DNA from: Microcystis aeruginosa NIES-2549
GTDB taxonomy: Bacteria; Cyanobacteriota; Cyanobacteriia; Cyanobacteriales; Microcystaceae
DNA length: 32,000 nt
Reading direction: 5' to 3'
NCBI RefSeq assembly: GCF_000981785.2
Contig: NZ_CP011304.1
Coordinates: 2,070,001-2,102,000, forward strand
Below the pieces are notes generated by a model. It was not told the origin of the DNA. It searched no databases and saw nothing but the letters and a program-made list of their open reading frames with translations. A program made the position numbers and the translations under genes. Shown here piece by piece: positions 8,611-16,660 of this stretch. The stretch's first letter is position 1; each line of letters begins with the position of its first letter.

Positions 8611-8776
8611 TGGATTCCCACCATAACTTTAAATCACTTTCATTAATCTTTTTTTGAAGATATTCAATCTGATCTGAATAGCTGAGATTTTTCATGTCTT
8701 CAGCCATTTTTTCTTGACTGGTTTGTTTAAAAGCTAAACAGTCAAAACTTTTTTTAATTGTCGTTGGCTTCATCAA
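8594..8776 (-). CDS. Small hypothetical protein, third gene of the DUF433/PIN operon
   Basis: 60-aa ORF overlapping the 3' end of the PIN gene by 23 nt. 'FDCLAFKQTSQEKMAEDMKNLSYSDQIEYLQKK' resembles small proteins often seen next to cyanobacterial TA genes. The support is weak. Confidence 0.4.
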   Translation of the reverse strand: MMKPTTIKKSFDCLAFKQTSQEKMAEDMKNLSYSDQIEYLQKKINESDLKLWWESINNKK

Positions 8777-9227
8777 TTGTTACCTCTAAAGGAGAAATAA
8801 TAGTCAAAATCCCGTAGCCATTAAGTAAATTAATTTGATTATAGCCTTTCATTTTATCTAGGCGCACAATATGTTTAAAATTCCATGATATGATTGCATC
8901 CGCTCTAGCTATTGTAGCAGCCGCTACATGAGTAGCATCATTAATAGACTTTGATGTAACAACTCCTTCATTGATATAAGCATCCCTTAACTGTAAAACT
9001 TCAGGTGTTATCTTAACTACTTCAATAACTCTCTGCGGAATCGATAATAAAATATCTTTAACCGCTTGGGGGGCATTAATTAATTCGCTAACAATGATAT
9101 CACTCATTAACAAAATAAACTTTTCTTGCTTAATGGCTTCCATCAATTGATTGGACTCTAAGGAAAATTCATCATCTAAACAGCCTCCAATGACTGATGT
9201 ATCGATATAAATTCTAAGTTGTTTCAT
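8754..9227 (-). CDS. PIN-domain protein (VapC-like toxin)
   Basis: 157 aa. 'IYIDTSVIGG' supplies the first acidic residue. 'INDATHVAAATIARADAIISWNFKH' is a typical PIN C-terminal motif. Confidence 0.8.
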   Translation of the reverse strand: MKQLRIYIDTSVIGGCLDDEFSLESNQLMEAIKQEKFILLMSDIIVSELINAPQAVKDILLSIPQRVIEVVKITPEVLQLRDAYINEGVVTSKSINDATHVAAATIARADAIISWNFKHIVRLDKMKGYNQINLLNGYGILTIISPLEVTIDEANDN

Positions 9228-9242
9228 AACGATTTTAGCTCG

Positions 9243-9545
9243 TCAATTTAATATTTTCTCAATTAAAGATGGTTTGTTGCCTTGTAGTTGTTTAGCAAAA
9301 GTTTCTCCTGCTTCAAGTTGTCGTCTAATTTCTTCTCGATTGTCATGGTAATAGGCCAAGGCCGCATAAACATCTGCTAGGGTGATAGTAGGATGATGAT
9401 AAATAATTTCATCTGGTGACATTCCCATTCTTTCATGCCAAATTACAATATCTTGAACTTTAATTCGATGTCCAGCAATACGAGGTTTTCCGCCACAGAT
9501 ACCAGAAGTGATTTCAATATGTTGTGAGATAACTAAAGATGACAT
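9243..9545 (-). CDS. DUF433-domain protein (antitoxin-like)
   Basis: 100 aa. 'ICGGKPRIAGHRIKVQDIVIWHERMGMSPDEIIYHHPTITLADVYAALAYYHDNREEI' is the DUF433 signature. It sits 15 bp upstream of the PIN gene. Confidence 0.85.
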   Translation of the reverse strand: MSSLVISQHIEITSGICGGKPRIAGHRIKVQDIVIWHERMGMSPDEIIYHHPTITLADVYAALAYYHDNREEIRRQLEAGETFAKQLQGNKPSLIEKILN

Positions 9546-9611
9546 AATTACTTGCCAATAAGATCAATCAATCCTTGTTATTATACCATTTTTTCCCAGT
9601 AAGGCAACATC

Positions 9612-9670
9612 AGTGCGATCGCCGATATTGTAGGTTGGGTTGAGGCACGAAACCCAACAGGATCAACTAT
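9612..9670 (+). repeat. HIP1-headed 60-bp hairpin repeat, copy 1
   Basis: 'aGTGCGATCGCCgatattgtagGTTGGGTTgaggcacgAAACCCAACaggatcaactat'. A second copy lies 139 bp downstream. Confidence 0.85.
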
Positions 9671-9750
9671 AGCAATTCTCTAACTTATGAGGTACAGTAG
9701 CAACAGTGAGTAAACCAATTGCGAATATATTTTTGAGTAACTTGTAACAT

Positions 9751-9810
9751 AGTGCGATCGCCGATTTGGTAGATTGGGTTGAGGCACGAAACCCAACATG
9801 ATCAACTATT
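9751..9810 (+). repeat. HIP1-headed 60-bp hairpin repeat, copy 2
   Basis: Near-identical to 9612-9670, with a few substitutions, in the same orientation. Confidence 0.85.
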
Positions 9811-9815
9811 AATTT

Positions 9816-9922
9816 ATACTAAATTCGGTTATTAAAAACTGATTATTTATTCCCCCTTTTGCCTCTTGCCTTCTGCCTCTTGCCTCTCCTGATATGTAGC
9901 ATATACTCAACGGATTTAGTAT
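9816..9922 (+). mobile_element. MITE family 1 (~107 bp), copy 1
   Basis: Imperfect terminal inverted repeats 'ATACTAAATTCGGTT...CAACGGATTTAGTAT' and a CT-rich core 'ttgcctcttgccttctgcctcttgcctctcc'. By eye it is identical to 16164-16270; identity extends over about 111 bp including 2 flanking nt on each side. Confidence 0.8.
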
Positions 9923-10095
9923 TATTTGGTTGGTGTTGGGTTGCACTTTGTTTAACTACATTTTGGCAATAAAGAGGCGATTAGGGTTGATAAACGGCGA
10001 ACGCTAATCTTGTAAGCTTTAAAAAGTGCTATATAAAAAACTAAACAAACTATAATTAAAATTACTGCAAAAATTTAGAGAGTAAAGAAGGAAAT

Positions 10096-10350
10096 ATGAC
10101 AGAAATAGTTTTTTTAGTGGAAGATGCACCGGAAGGGGGATATACAGCAAGGGCATTAGGCGAGTCTATTTTTACCGAAGCCGATGATTTACAATCTTTA
10201 CGAGAAATGGTAAAAAATGCCGTTAATTGTCATTATGATGATAGGGAAAATCGCCCTAAAATTATTCGTTTACATATTGTTAGAGTGATTAATTTTTACT
10301 TTTTTCAAATAATGCTTCGTCAATTAGAAAATCAAGTTTTCCAGCTATGA
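10096..10350 (+). pseudogene. HicB-like (UPF0150) antitoxin, 3'-truncated
   Basis: 'MTEIVFLVEDAPEGGYTARALGESIFTEADDLQSLREMVKNAVNCHYDDRENRPKIIRLHIV' is a typical HicB-like N-domain. After about 10275 the frame runs into the antisense of a convergent gene remnant and loses similarity. No HicA is nearby. Confidence 0.55.
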
Positions 10351-10474
10351 AATCTTCCTCAATTTGTTTTTCCCATTGTTGATCGTCTAACTTATTGATC
10401 CAATTTCTTAAATACAAAAATTAATCAGAAGTAAGGCTTTCAATTTTTGCTTGAATTAATTGTAACTTTGTCAT
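10289..10474 (-). pseudogene. Small TA-associated-type gene with an in-frame TAA stop
   Basis: The minus-strand frame reads 'MTKLQLIQAKIESLTSD*FLYLRNWINKLDDQQWEKQIEEDFIAGKLDFLIDEALFEKSKN*'. It is one continuous frame interrupted at codon 18. Confidence 0.5.
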
Positions 10475-10581
10475 CTTAGTATCTTTCCACAACAATAGTT
10501 CAAATTTGAGTTTTATATTATCATTTTTTCTGTAAAAATGGGAATTTGCGATCACATTTGGCAGAATATTGGAAGTGTGAT

Positions 10582-10638
10582 CGCTCTTATTATCGGCTGC
10601 ATTAACAAAGTATAATGCACTTTATTTGTTGTCTATTG
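10582..10638. repeat. Hairpin repeat family A, copy 3
   Basis: 'cgctcttattatcGGCTGCATTAacaaagtaTAATGCACTttatttgttgtctattga'. Confidence 0.85.
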
Positions 10639-11009
10639 ACGAATTCAATAAACATAAGATAAAATACTGTTGATACTCGTAACCATTAAAGAGAGATATG
10701 AACATCAATTCTATTCAAGATAACTCTTTACTCTTTAAGAAACCCGTTTTCTCTCTCGATCCTACGGTTTTCTGAGTTCCTCGTACTGTTCACTACGGTT
10801 CTTCCGAACTTACACTGTAGAAAATTCCGCAAGCTCCCTCTCCGTCCAGCAATGCTCTAAAGTTGATATAGCAGTTTTCATCAGAATGAGGTATGGGCAA
10901 GGGGCTTAAACCCTTTGTTGGCAAAACTTGTCGATACCTCAGTAACGTGAAAAGCGCTATAATGAAACCTACTCCCTTGATGAAGTGTTGAGAGAAATAG
11001 AATAACCTT

Positions 11010-11642
11010 CTATTTCTCTGTCTGACTTCTCACCCAATTACGAAATTCTTTCACTAATTCTAGGTAATCTTTTTGACCAGCTTGTTGTAAAAATATAGCA
11101 ATCTCTAGAATGGGTAAATTGGCAAAAAATTGACTCGATTGGGAGGTAATGTAAGTACCATTCTCTAACTGTTGAATCGCCAAAAATTCCCCATTATAAA
11201 TCCAAACTTCTCTGACGCCTAAATCTGCATAAACCTGGAGGCGATTTTGAGAACTGCTAGTGACATCAATTTCTAGCACCAAATCTGGTGGGGGATCTTC
11301 ATTCAAATCCAGTCGCTTTTTACCGCGAACCGCATCAATATTGTAGATATAGAAACACTTATCAGGTTCAGCACCACTTATTTCCGGTCGTTTGAAAGTA
11401 GTAGAGCCAAGAGGATATATTTGAACCGCTAATTCTTCTGCGAGAGTTTCCACAAAACGGCCGAGAACTTCTTTACTAAGTTCATGTTCTGGAGAAGGAG
11501 CCATGATTTCTAATGTACCACGATTGTAAGTGAGCCGGAGGCGGCGATTGTTTAATTCTTCTAGCAGTGTTTCGTAGGTTTCCCAACTAATTCCTGATAA
11601 GTTAATTATTTCAGCCGGTGGCGCAATTACTGTTACAGTCAT
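11010..11642 (-). CDS. Uma2-family (DUF820) endonuclease
   Basis: 210 aa. 'ISWETYETLLEELNNRRLRLTYNRGTLEIMAPSPEHE' and 'EPDKCFY...PPDLVLEIDVTSSS' give the PD-(D/E)xK core typical of Uma2. Confidence 0.85.
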   Translation of the reverse strand: MTVTVIAPPAEIINLSGISWETYETLLEELNNRRLRLTYNRGTLEIMAPSPEHELSKEVLGRFVETLAEELAVQIYPLGSTTFKRPEISGAEPDKCFYIYNIDAVRGKKRLDLNEDPPPDLVLEIDVTSSSQNRLQVYADLGVREVWIYNGEFLAIQQLENGTYITSQSSQFFANLPILEIAIFLQQAGQKDYLELVKEFRNWVRSQTEK

Positions 11643-11853
11643 AGGTGAAAATAGAAATCTAATGCTTCCATTTTAGGATATCACTGTCATTAATACAGGA
11701 ATTTCGGATTGCTTTGCCTGTGCCAAGGCTCTGACTTTTATTCAGTGAACAGTGAACATTTATCGGTTAACAGTGGAAAAAACTGATATGGTGCTATTGA
11801 GAGTAATCAGGTACAGCCACCTTCTTACCCGTTTTCCCTTCCCTTATCAAACC

Positions 11854-12054
11854 CTAGAAATCATCGGGAATAATCCATTGGGTCGGTTGCGTCAGTTTTT
11901 TCAGTCTAGCGGCTTCGGCCATTTCTAGCATCTTTTCCAAAGAAGTTTCGGCAATAAATTTGGCTGCTTCGGCGGCATGGGCTTGATTGGGGCATTGATC
12001 GCCTAAAATACAACCATTTAGGCAATCTACAGCACAATTTACCTGTTTTTCCAT
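11854..12054 (-). CDS. Small Cys-rich hypothetical protein
   Basis: 66 aa with N-terminal 'CAVDCLNGCILGDQC' (Cx3Cx3Cx5C) followed by a helical tail. Composition resembles the core genome. Confidence 0.55.
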   Translation of the reverse strand: MEKQVNCAVDCLNGCILGDQCPNQAHAAEAAKFIAETSLEKMLEMAEAARLKKLTQPTQWIIPDDF

Positions 12055-12313
12055 AAAAATTCTCTTTTTATGACGAGATTTGTCTTTTATATTTTAACCT
12101 AACTTTTTTTAAGTACCTCAGCAAAATTAATTACACATCTTGCTAATCCTTTTGCCGCTCTCAACCCTAGGTGAGTAATTATGCCAGTTAAGAAAGCGGC
12201 ACCCTTAACCTTTCCCTAACCCATAAATTGCTATAGATTTTAATTGTGTGAGGAGTGAGAAGAAAGCAAAGTCCTTGGGGTCGAAACACGGCAAGACTCC
12301 CAAGGGCTTTTCC

Positions 12314-12982
12314 ATGTCTAGGGAACAGTTGTCAGTCATGAACCAGCCTCAAGAGCGAGAACCTTTTGCCAGTTTAGTTTTATATCATCTCTTTAAATGG
12401 TCGTTCGTTAGCCCCACCCTACACGGCTATTTTCGCGGTCGCGTTTACGGAGTGGAAAATGTCCCCCGTCGTCATCCTCTGATTATCGTCTGCAATCACG
12501 CCAGTTACTTCGATCCACCCCTATTATCCTGTGCCGTGCGTCGTCCCGTAGCTTATATGGCTAAAGAGGAATTATTCACCATCCCGATTTTAAAACAGGC
12601 GATCGCTCTTTATGGGGCCTATCCCGTCAAACGCGGCAGTGGTGATCGCGGAGCCATTCGGGCGGCGATGGGAGCATTAGCAGCGGGCTGGGCAGTGGGA
12701 GTGTTTCTGGAGGGAACCCGCACCGAGGACGGATTGATCCATCAACCAAAACTAGGCGCGGCGATGATTGCCGCTAAAGCGGGAGTTCCCCTGTTACCCG
12801 TCAGTTTGTGGGGGACAGAAAAGATTTTTCAAAAAGGTTCTTCTTTTCCCCATAGTATCCCCTTAACTATTCGCATCGGAGAAGTGCTGCCGCCACCGAT
12901 TTCTAGCAAAAGAGAGGCTTTACAGGCAGTTACCGAGCGCTGTGCCGAAATTATTAACGGATTACACGCCCTCGGACGCTAA
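12314..12982 (+). CDS. plsC: 1-acyl-sn-glycerol-3-phosphate acyltransferase
   Basis: Acyltransferase motifs 'NHASYFDP' (HX4D), 'AYMAKEELF', 'FLEGTRT' and 'PLLPVSL'. I prefer the ATG at 12314 (AAGGG 8 nt upstream) over the upstream GTG at 12248 given in the ORF track. Confidence 0.85.
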   Translation: MSREQLSVMNQPQEREPFASLVLYHLFKWSFVSPTLHGYFRGRVYGVENVPRRHPLIIVCNHASYFDPPLLSCAVRRPVAYMAKEELFTIPILKQAIALYGAYPVKRGSGDRGAIRAAMGALAAGWAVGVFLEGTRTEDGLIHQPKLGAAMIAAKAGVPLLPVSLWGTEKIFQKGSSFPHSIPLTIRIGEVLPPPISSKREALQAVTERCAEIINGLHALGR

Positions 12983-13003
12983 ATCTTTGCCTTTTGCATG
13001 AGT

Positions 13004-13036
13004 AGAAAACGGGTTTCTCGGAGAAACCCGTTTTCT
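13004..13036 (+). terminator. Perfect 16-bp inverted repeat downstream of plsC
   Basis: 'AGAAAACGGGTTTCTCgGAGAAACCCGTTTTCT', 22 bp after the stop codon, ending in a T-rich run. Confidence 0.55.
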
Positions 13037-13135
13037 GTGTGTTACTCAACGGATTTAGTCTTAGATTTCTTTCCCCGACACTTTCAAGTCGGGAATCTAG
13101 GCTAAAATTGGCATAACTCGACCATCGCCTCGACC

Positions 13136-13480
13136 ATGTTCTTTTTTGTCCTCGGCTTCAATCTAGGCTTAACTTTATTTAATTGCTTTCTAGTCTGGAA
13201 ATTGTGGCAATTGCGGCGGATTTTAGGGCGAGTGACCAAAATTTTAAACCGGGTGGAACGACGTTTACACCACATTTTTTACCCCGCTCCAGAATATATT
13301 ATCATCGCCGGGGCGAAAACCTATTATCTCCGACAAAACTATCAACGCCTCTGCGGACAGATACAGATACTGCAATCCCTATTCTTGACCTTCTCCCTGA
13401 TTATCCGTTACTGGCAGCGTCAACCCCGTCAACCCCGTCGCCTCTGGTCGCTAAAATTGAGCAAAATCTCTAGCAATTAG
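13136..13480 (+). CDS. Hypothetical membrane protein
   Basis: 114-aa ORF with an N-terminal hydrophobic helix 'FFFVLGFNLGLTLFNCFLVWKLW' and a basic tail. Its last 30 nt overlap the convergent cbiB 3' end. I recognise no family. Confidence 0.4.
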   Translation: MFFFVLGFNLGLTLFNCFLVWKLWQLRRILGRVTKILNRVERRLHHIFYPAPEYIIIAGAKTYYLRQNYQRLCGQIQILQSLFLTFSLIIRYWQRQPRQPRRLWSLKLSKISSN

Positions 13481-14431
13481 GCAGCTAACAGCGATCGCCA
13501 ACCAGAGTAATACACAAGTACGAGTTAAATGCAAAGCCTGTTCGACGGTTTTAACGGTAATCGGGTTGAGGTTATCGCCTAATAAAGGTTTTTCCACAAT
13601 CTGGCCCCGATATTGATTTTTCCCCCCCAATTGCACCCCCAAAATCGCCCCATAGACGCATTCACTCCAACCAGAATTAGGACTAGGATCCCGACGGGCA
13701 TCGCGCCAACAAATGCTTAAAACTCGCCCCGGCCGGCCCGAAATCAGGGCGAGAGTTAAAACCGTTAAACGACAGGGTAGCCATGTGAAAACATCCTCGC
13801 TTTTGGCACTAAACCAGCCAATATGGGTGTAGGGTGGCCGACGATAGCCAATCATCGAATCGAGGGTACTAGCGGCTTTATAAGCGCAAGCGAGGGGTAC
13901 CGGTCCCACCCCCAGAAAAGCACCGAGAAGGGCATAAAAAAGCGGCGCGGTAACTCCATCTACACCATTTTCACTGACGGTTTCTAATAGGGCGCGGAGG
14001 ATTTCTTCCTGGCTGAGATTATCTGTGTCCCGGCCAACGTATAAACTTAGTTGGCAACGAGCTAGGGTGATATTTTCAGCTTGTAAAGCTGCGGTGACGG
14101 TTTCGGCAGCCCTGCGTAAACTTCTGCCGGCTAAACAACTAGCCAAGAGAATCATTTGTACTAGGTAACTCAGCAGCAAATTGACCTGACCTAACCACTG
14201 GATTCCTAGCCAAGTTAAGGCCCCAGTCAAGATAATTAAACCCAGTCCCAGAATTATGCCCGCTAAACGTTGGCGAATTTTTCCCTGCGTCCAATTAAGG
14301 ATAACTTTTGTGGCAACGGCAATAATCGCCCCCATCACCTGCACCGGATGAATCCATCCCCAGGGATCGCCGATCAGATAATCTAAAACCGCCCCCAATA
14401 CTAAAATGATCGCCGTTGCCGTTTCCTTCAC
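13451..14431 (-). CDS. cbiB: Adenosylcobinamide-phosphate synthase (CobD/CbiB)
   Basis: 326-aa polytopic protein. 'DYLIGDPWGWIHPVQVMG', 'ENGVDGVTAPLFYA' and 'SPNSGWSE' are characteristic of the CobD/CbiB family. Confidence 0.9.
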   Translation of the reverse strand: MKETATAIILVLGAVLDYLIGDPWGWIHPVQVMGAIIAVATKVILNWTQGKIRQRLAGIILGLGLIILTGALTWLGIQWLGQVNLLLSYLVQMILLASCLAGRSLRRAAETVTAALQAENITLARCQLSLYVGRDTDNLSQEEILRALLETVSENGVDGVTAPLFYALLGAFLGVGPVPLACAYKAASTLDSMIGYRRPPYTHIGWFSAKSEDVFTWLPCRLTVLTLALISGRPGRVLSICWRDARRDPSPNSGWSECVYGAILGVQLGGKNQYRGQIVEKPLLGDNLNPITVKTVEQALHLTRTCVLLWLAIAVSCLIARDFAQF

Positions 14432-14433
14432 AA

Positions 14434-14841
14434 TTACTCCCTTTTACCATCAATATCCCGAATTTTCTCAATATTGTCTTCCCAGTTAGCCCCATCAAAG
14501 AACTGGATCTGAAAATCGCCTAAGACATTGCCATCCAAACAGCGCAGGTTTATATCTATAGCGTCAGGATGGGAGCGAGGACGATAGAAAGGATGAATAC
14601 CACAAACACGACAAAAATAATGTTGGGCTGTGTGGGTATTAAATGTATAGGTACTTAAGAAATCTTCACCGCTTAGGAGGGTAAATTGTGCTGAAGGAAC
14701 AATCAGATGCAGAAAGCCTTTTTTCTGACAAATCGAACAATTACAGTCTAGACCTTGATTATGCTCGATCGCCACTTGAAAACGGATCGCTCCACAGTGA
14801 CAACCTCCCCCATAAATCTTTGCTTGAGTTGTTGCTGTCAT
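14434..14841 (-). CDS. GFA-family (CENP-V/GFA domain) protein
   Basis: Cys ligand pattern 'GGCHCGAIRF...CNCSICQKKG...FCRVCG'. The start is placed at Met23 ('MTATTQAKIYGG') because the longer ORF would overlap the upstream Rrf2 gene. Confidence 0.8.
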   Translation of the reverse strand: MTATTQAKIYGGGCHCGAIRFQVAIEHNQGLDCNCSICQKKGFLHLIVPSAQFTLLSGEDFLSTYTFNTHTAQHYFCRVCGIHPFYRPRSHPDAIDINLRCLDGNVLGDFQIQFFDGANWEDNIEKIRDIDGKRE

Positions 14842-14854
14842 AACTTCTAAACTA

Positions 14855-15298
14855 CTAAACAATAAAGCTGGTTTCCTCTCCCCTAGCGGCGATCCAGCTA
14901 CGCGCATCGTAGTATAAATCGGCTAAGGTAATCTTCCCCAGGGCCTCTTTTAATTTCTCATGGAGGTGTTTCCAGATAGTAAATGTCACCCAATCTTCTG
15001 CCTGTTCGTCCCTGGGATGATAGCCTGATAATGGCTCGATCGTCTCTCCCACCGCCTCTAAAATTTGCCCCAACGAGATACGATTTGCCGGCCTGGCCAA
15101 TTGATAACCCCCTTGCGCCCCCCTAAAGGAACGAACTAACCCCGCTCGTCGCATTTCTATCAGCAATTTCTCTAGATAAGCAGCTGGGATATCTTGACGC
15201 AGGGCGATCGATTTTACCGATACGGGAGTTCCCCTCGGTTGTAAACTAAGATCCAGCAAGGCTTTAACACTATAGTGACCCCTAGTTGTTAGCTTCAT
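14855..15298 (-). CDS. Rrf2-family transcriptional regulator
   Basis: 147 aa. 'MKLTTRGHYSVKALLDLSL' and 'IPAAYLEKLLIEMRRAGLVRSFRGAQGGYQLARP' form the Rrf2 wHTH. Confidence 0.9.
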   Translation of the reverse strand: MKLTTRGHYSVKALLDLSLQPRGTPVSVKSIALRQDIPAAYLEKLLIEMRRAGLVRSFRGAQGGYQLARPANRISLGQILEAVGETIEPLSGYHPRDEQAEDWVTFTIWKHLHEKLKEALGKITLADLYYDARSWIAARGEETSFIV

Positions 15299-15598
15299 TA
15301 TCCCTCATTTTTACCTCTTTATCTCTATCCTACCCCCTGCCCTCATTGATGACAGAAAGGCTAACCTCCCTTCCCTCAGCATCTCGATCAACATTGGTAA
15401 ATTCTGTTAAGATTTCGATCGAGAGATAGAGTGTAATCAATTACAATCAATTTCCTCAAGCAAGTGATAATTTTTAGTTTATACCGTGTAAGATGAGTGT
15501 AGAGAGCAATCGTAACCCGATTGTTTCTGGTCAGGGGGAGCAACTCTCCTCGACTAGCCTTGATGACCCTAACCTTTACTTATCTACTGCAAACTTAA

Positions 15599-15988
15599 AT
15601 GAACAAAACTACTAATCCAGAACCCCTGACTGGCCTCGAACTAATTGAGAAAGTTAAACAGCTAGGCAACCTCAGCAAAGAGGAAAAAGCCCGGGAATGC
15701 GGCTACTATACCATGACAAAAAATGGTATTGAACGTGTTAATATGATGAAGTTTCTCAATGCTTTAATCGATGCCGAGGGAATTGACTTAGATAGCAGTG
15801 CCAATGGTCAAGGACGGGGCGGGCGCTCGGCCAGCTACCGGATCAGTGTCCAATCAAATAATAATCTCCTGATCGGTTCGGCCTACACCAAAAAAATGGG
15901 ACTTAAACCGGGAGATGAATTTGAAATTACTTTGGGGAGAAAACATATTCATCTCAAGCAAGTTGGCGCCAGCGACGACGACGAATAG
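15599..15988 (+). CDS. Cyanobacterial AbrB-family regulator (cyAbrB)
   Basis: 129 aa with the AbrB/SpoVT swapped-hairpin domain at the C-terminus ('LIGSAYTKKMGLKPGDEFEITLGRKHIHLKQV'), the arrangement specific to cyAbrB proteins. Confidence 0.85.
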   Translation: MNKTTNPEPLTGLELIEKVKQLGNLSKEEKARECGYYTMTKNGIERVNMMKFLNALIDAEGIDLDSSANGQGRGGRSASYRISVQSNNNLLIGSAYTKKMGLKPGDEFEITLGRKHIHLKQVGASDDDE

Positions 15989-15996
15989 CAATAATT

Positions 15997-16024
15997 AAGG
16001 AGAGAGCCGTTTAACTCTCTCCTT
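15997..16024 (+). terminator. Hairpin downstream of cyAbrB
   Basis: 'AAGGAGAGAGccgtttaaCTCTCTCCTT', 9 bp after the stop codon. There is no clear U-tract. Confidence 0.4.
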
Positions 16025-16163
16025 GCCATTAGATAGGGTCTGCTGAAAAAGGCACTCCAGGAATCATGTTATTAAATGCCAATGATTGGTCACCCAAGTG
16101 ATAAGTTTTACTTGGGTTAAACTTCTATAAACATAATTTTTATTAAATATGAGTTCATGTCTT

Positions 16164-16270
16164 ATACTAAATTCGGTTATTAAAAACTGATTATTTATTC
16201 CCCCTTTTGCCTCTTGCCTTCTGCCTCTTGCCTCTCCTGATATGTAGCATATACTCAACGGATTTAGTAT
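16164..16270 (+). mobile_element. MITE family 1, copy 2
   Basis: By eye identical to 9816-9922, in the same orientation. The 77-aa ORF at 16064-16297 is an artefact spanning it. Confidence 0.8.
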
Positions 16271-16426
16271 TAGTTCATTTGTTCGCAAAAAAAGCAAGAA
16301 AGATAAAAAAGCCTAAAAAAACAGCCGAAGCAGTTGGGAAAGATTGACAACCAAAAAGATAATAGCAAGCTCAGTTTCTGAAGTTTCAGATTGAAATTAA
16401 ATCTTCTCTTAGCTTGTCCGAACTTT

Positions 16427-16644
16427 CTGGGGGCATCTCAGTTTGGCCAAAATACCGACAATCAACAATGATCAGTCATCCTTAAATTAGTACAAATGCC
16501 ACGAAGCCGCGTCTAAGCATCCCACTCCAAAAGCTAATCAGCGGCGGGATTGAGGAAAAAATCGCCAATAACCGCCAATTTTAGCGGAGAGTTTCCCTTG
16601 AAAAATCCCCACTGAGTAGATTGACAAAAATTAGATGCAGCCGT
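16427..16644 (-). mobile_element. MITE family 2 (~215 bp), copy A
   Basis: The reverse complement aligns along its length with 31161-31441. Shared blocks include 'gggaaactctc', 'aaaattgg', 'gggatgctta', 'gtactaatttaag', 'gattgtcggtattt' and 'tgagatgc'. Termini are inverted: 'GGGGGCATCTC...AGATGCAGCC'. Confidence 0.7.
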
Positions 16645-16660
16645 GGGTAAAGACTGTAAT

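Noticed and set aside
9612-9810. Possible CRISPR array (regularly spaced repeats here, at 17760-17980 and at 26384-26545)
   Set aside because: There are only two copies at each of the first two loci, with ~60-90-bp repeats and unequal architecture. The third is a spacerless in-frame 27-bp tandem repeat. No cas genes lie in the window.
7667-10638. Calling the hairpin-punctuated TA cassettes an integron or CALIN attC array
   Set aside because: No integron integrase lies in the window. The repeats do not show the R''-L''/L'-R' organisation with a GTTRRRY core that I could verify by eye. I kept this only as an analogy in the findings.
10640-11009. ~370 bp with no ORF between hairpin copy 3 and the Uma2 gene, containing short hairpins such as AAGGGGCTTAAACCCTT
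   Set aside because: I found no coding frame, no tRNA-like cloverleaf and no repeat partner in the window. It is probably decayed accessory DNA and I cannot say more.
16064-16297. 77-aa minus-strand ORF
   Set aside because: It spans MITE family 1 copy 2 and flanking AT-rich DNA. The same MITE at 9816-9922 is not in an ORF.
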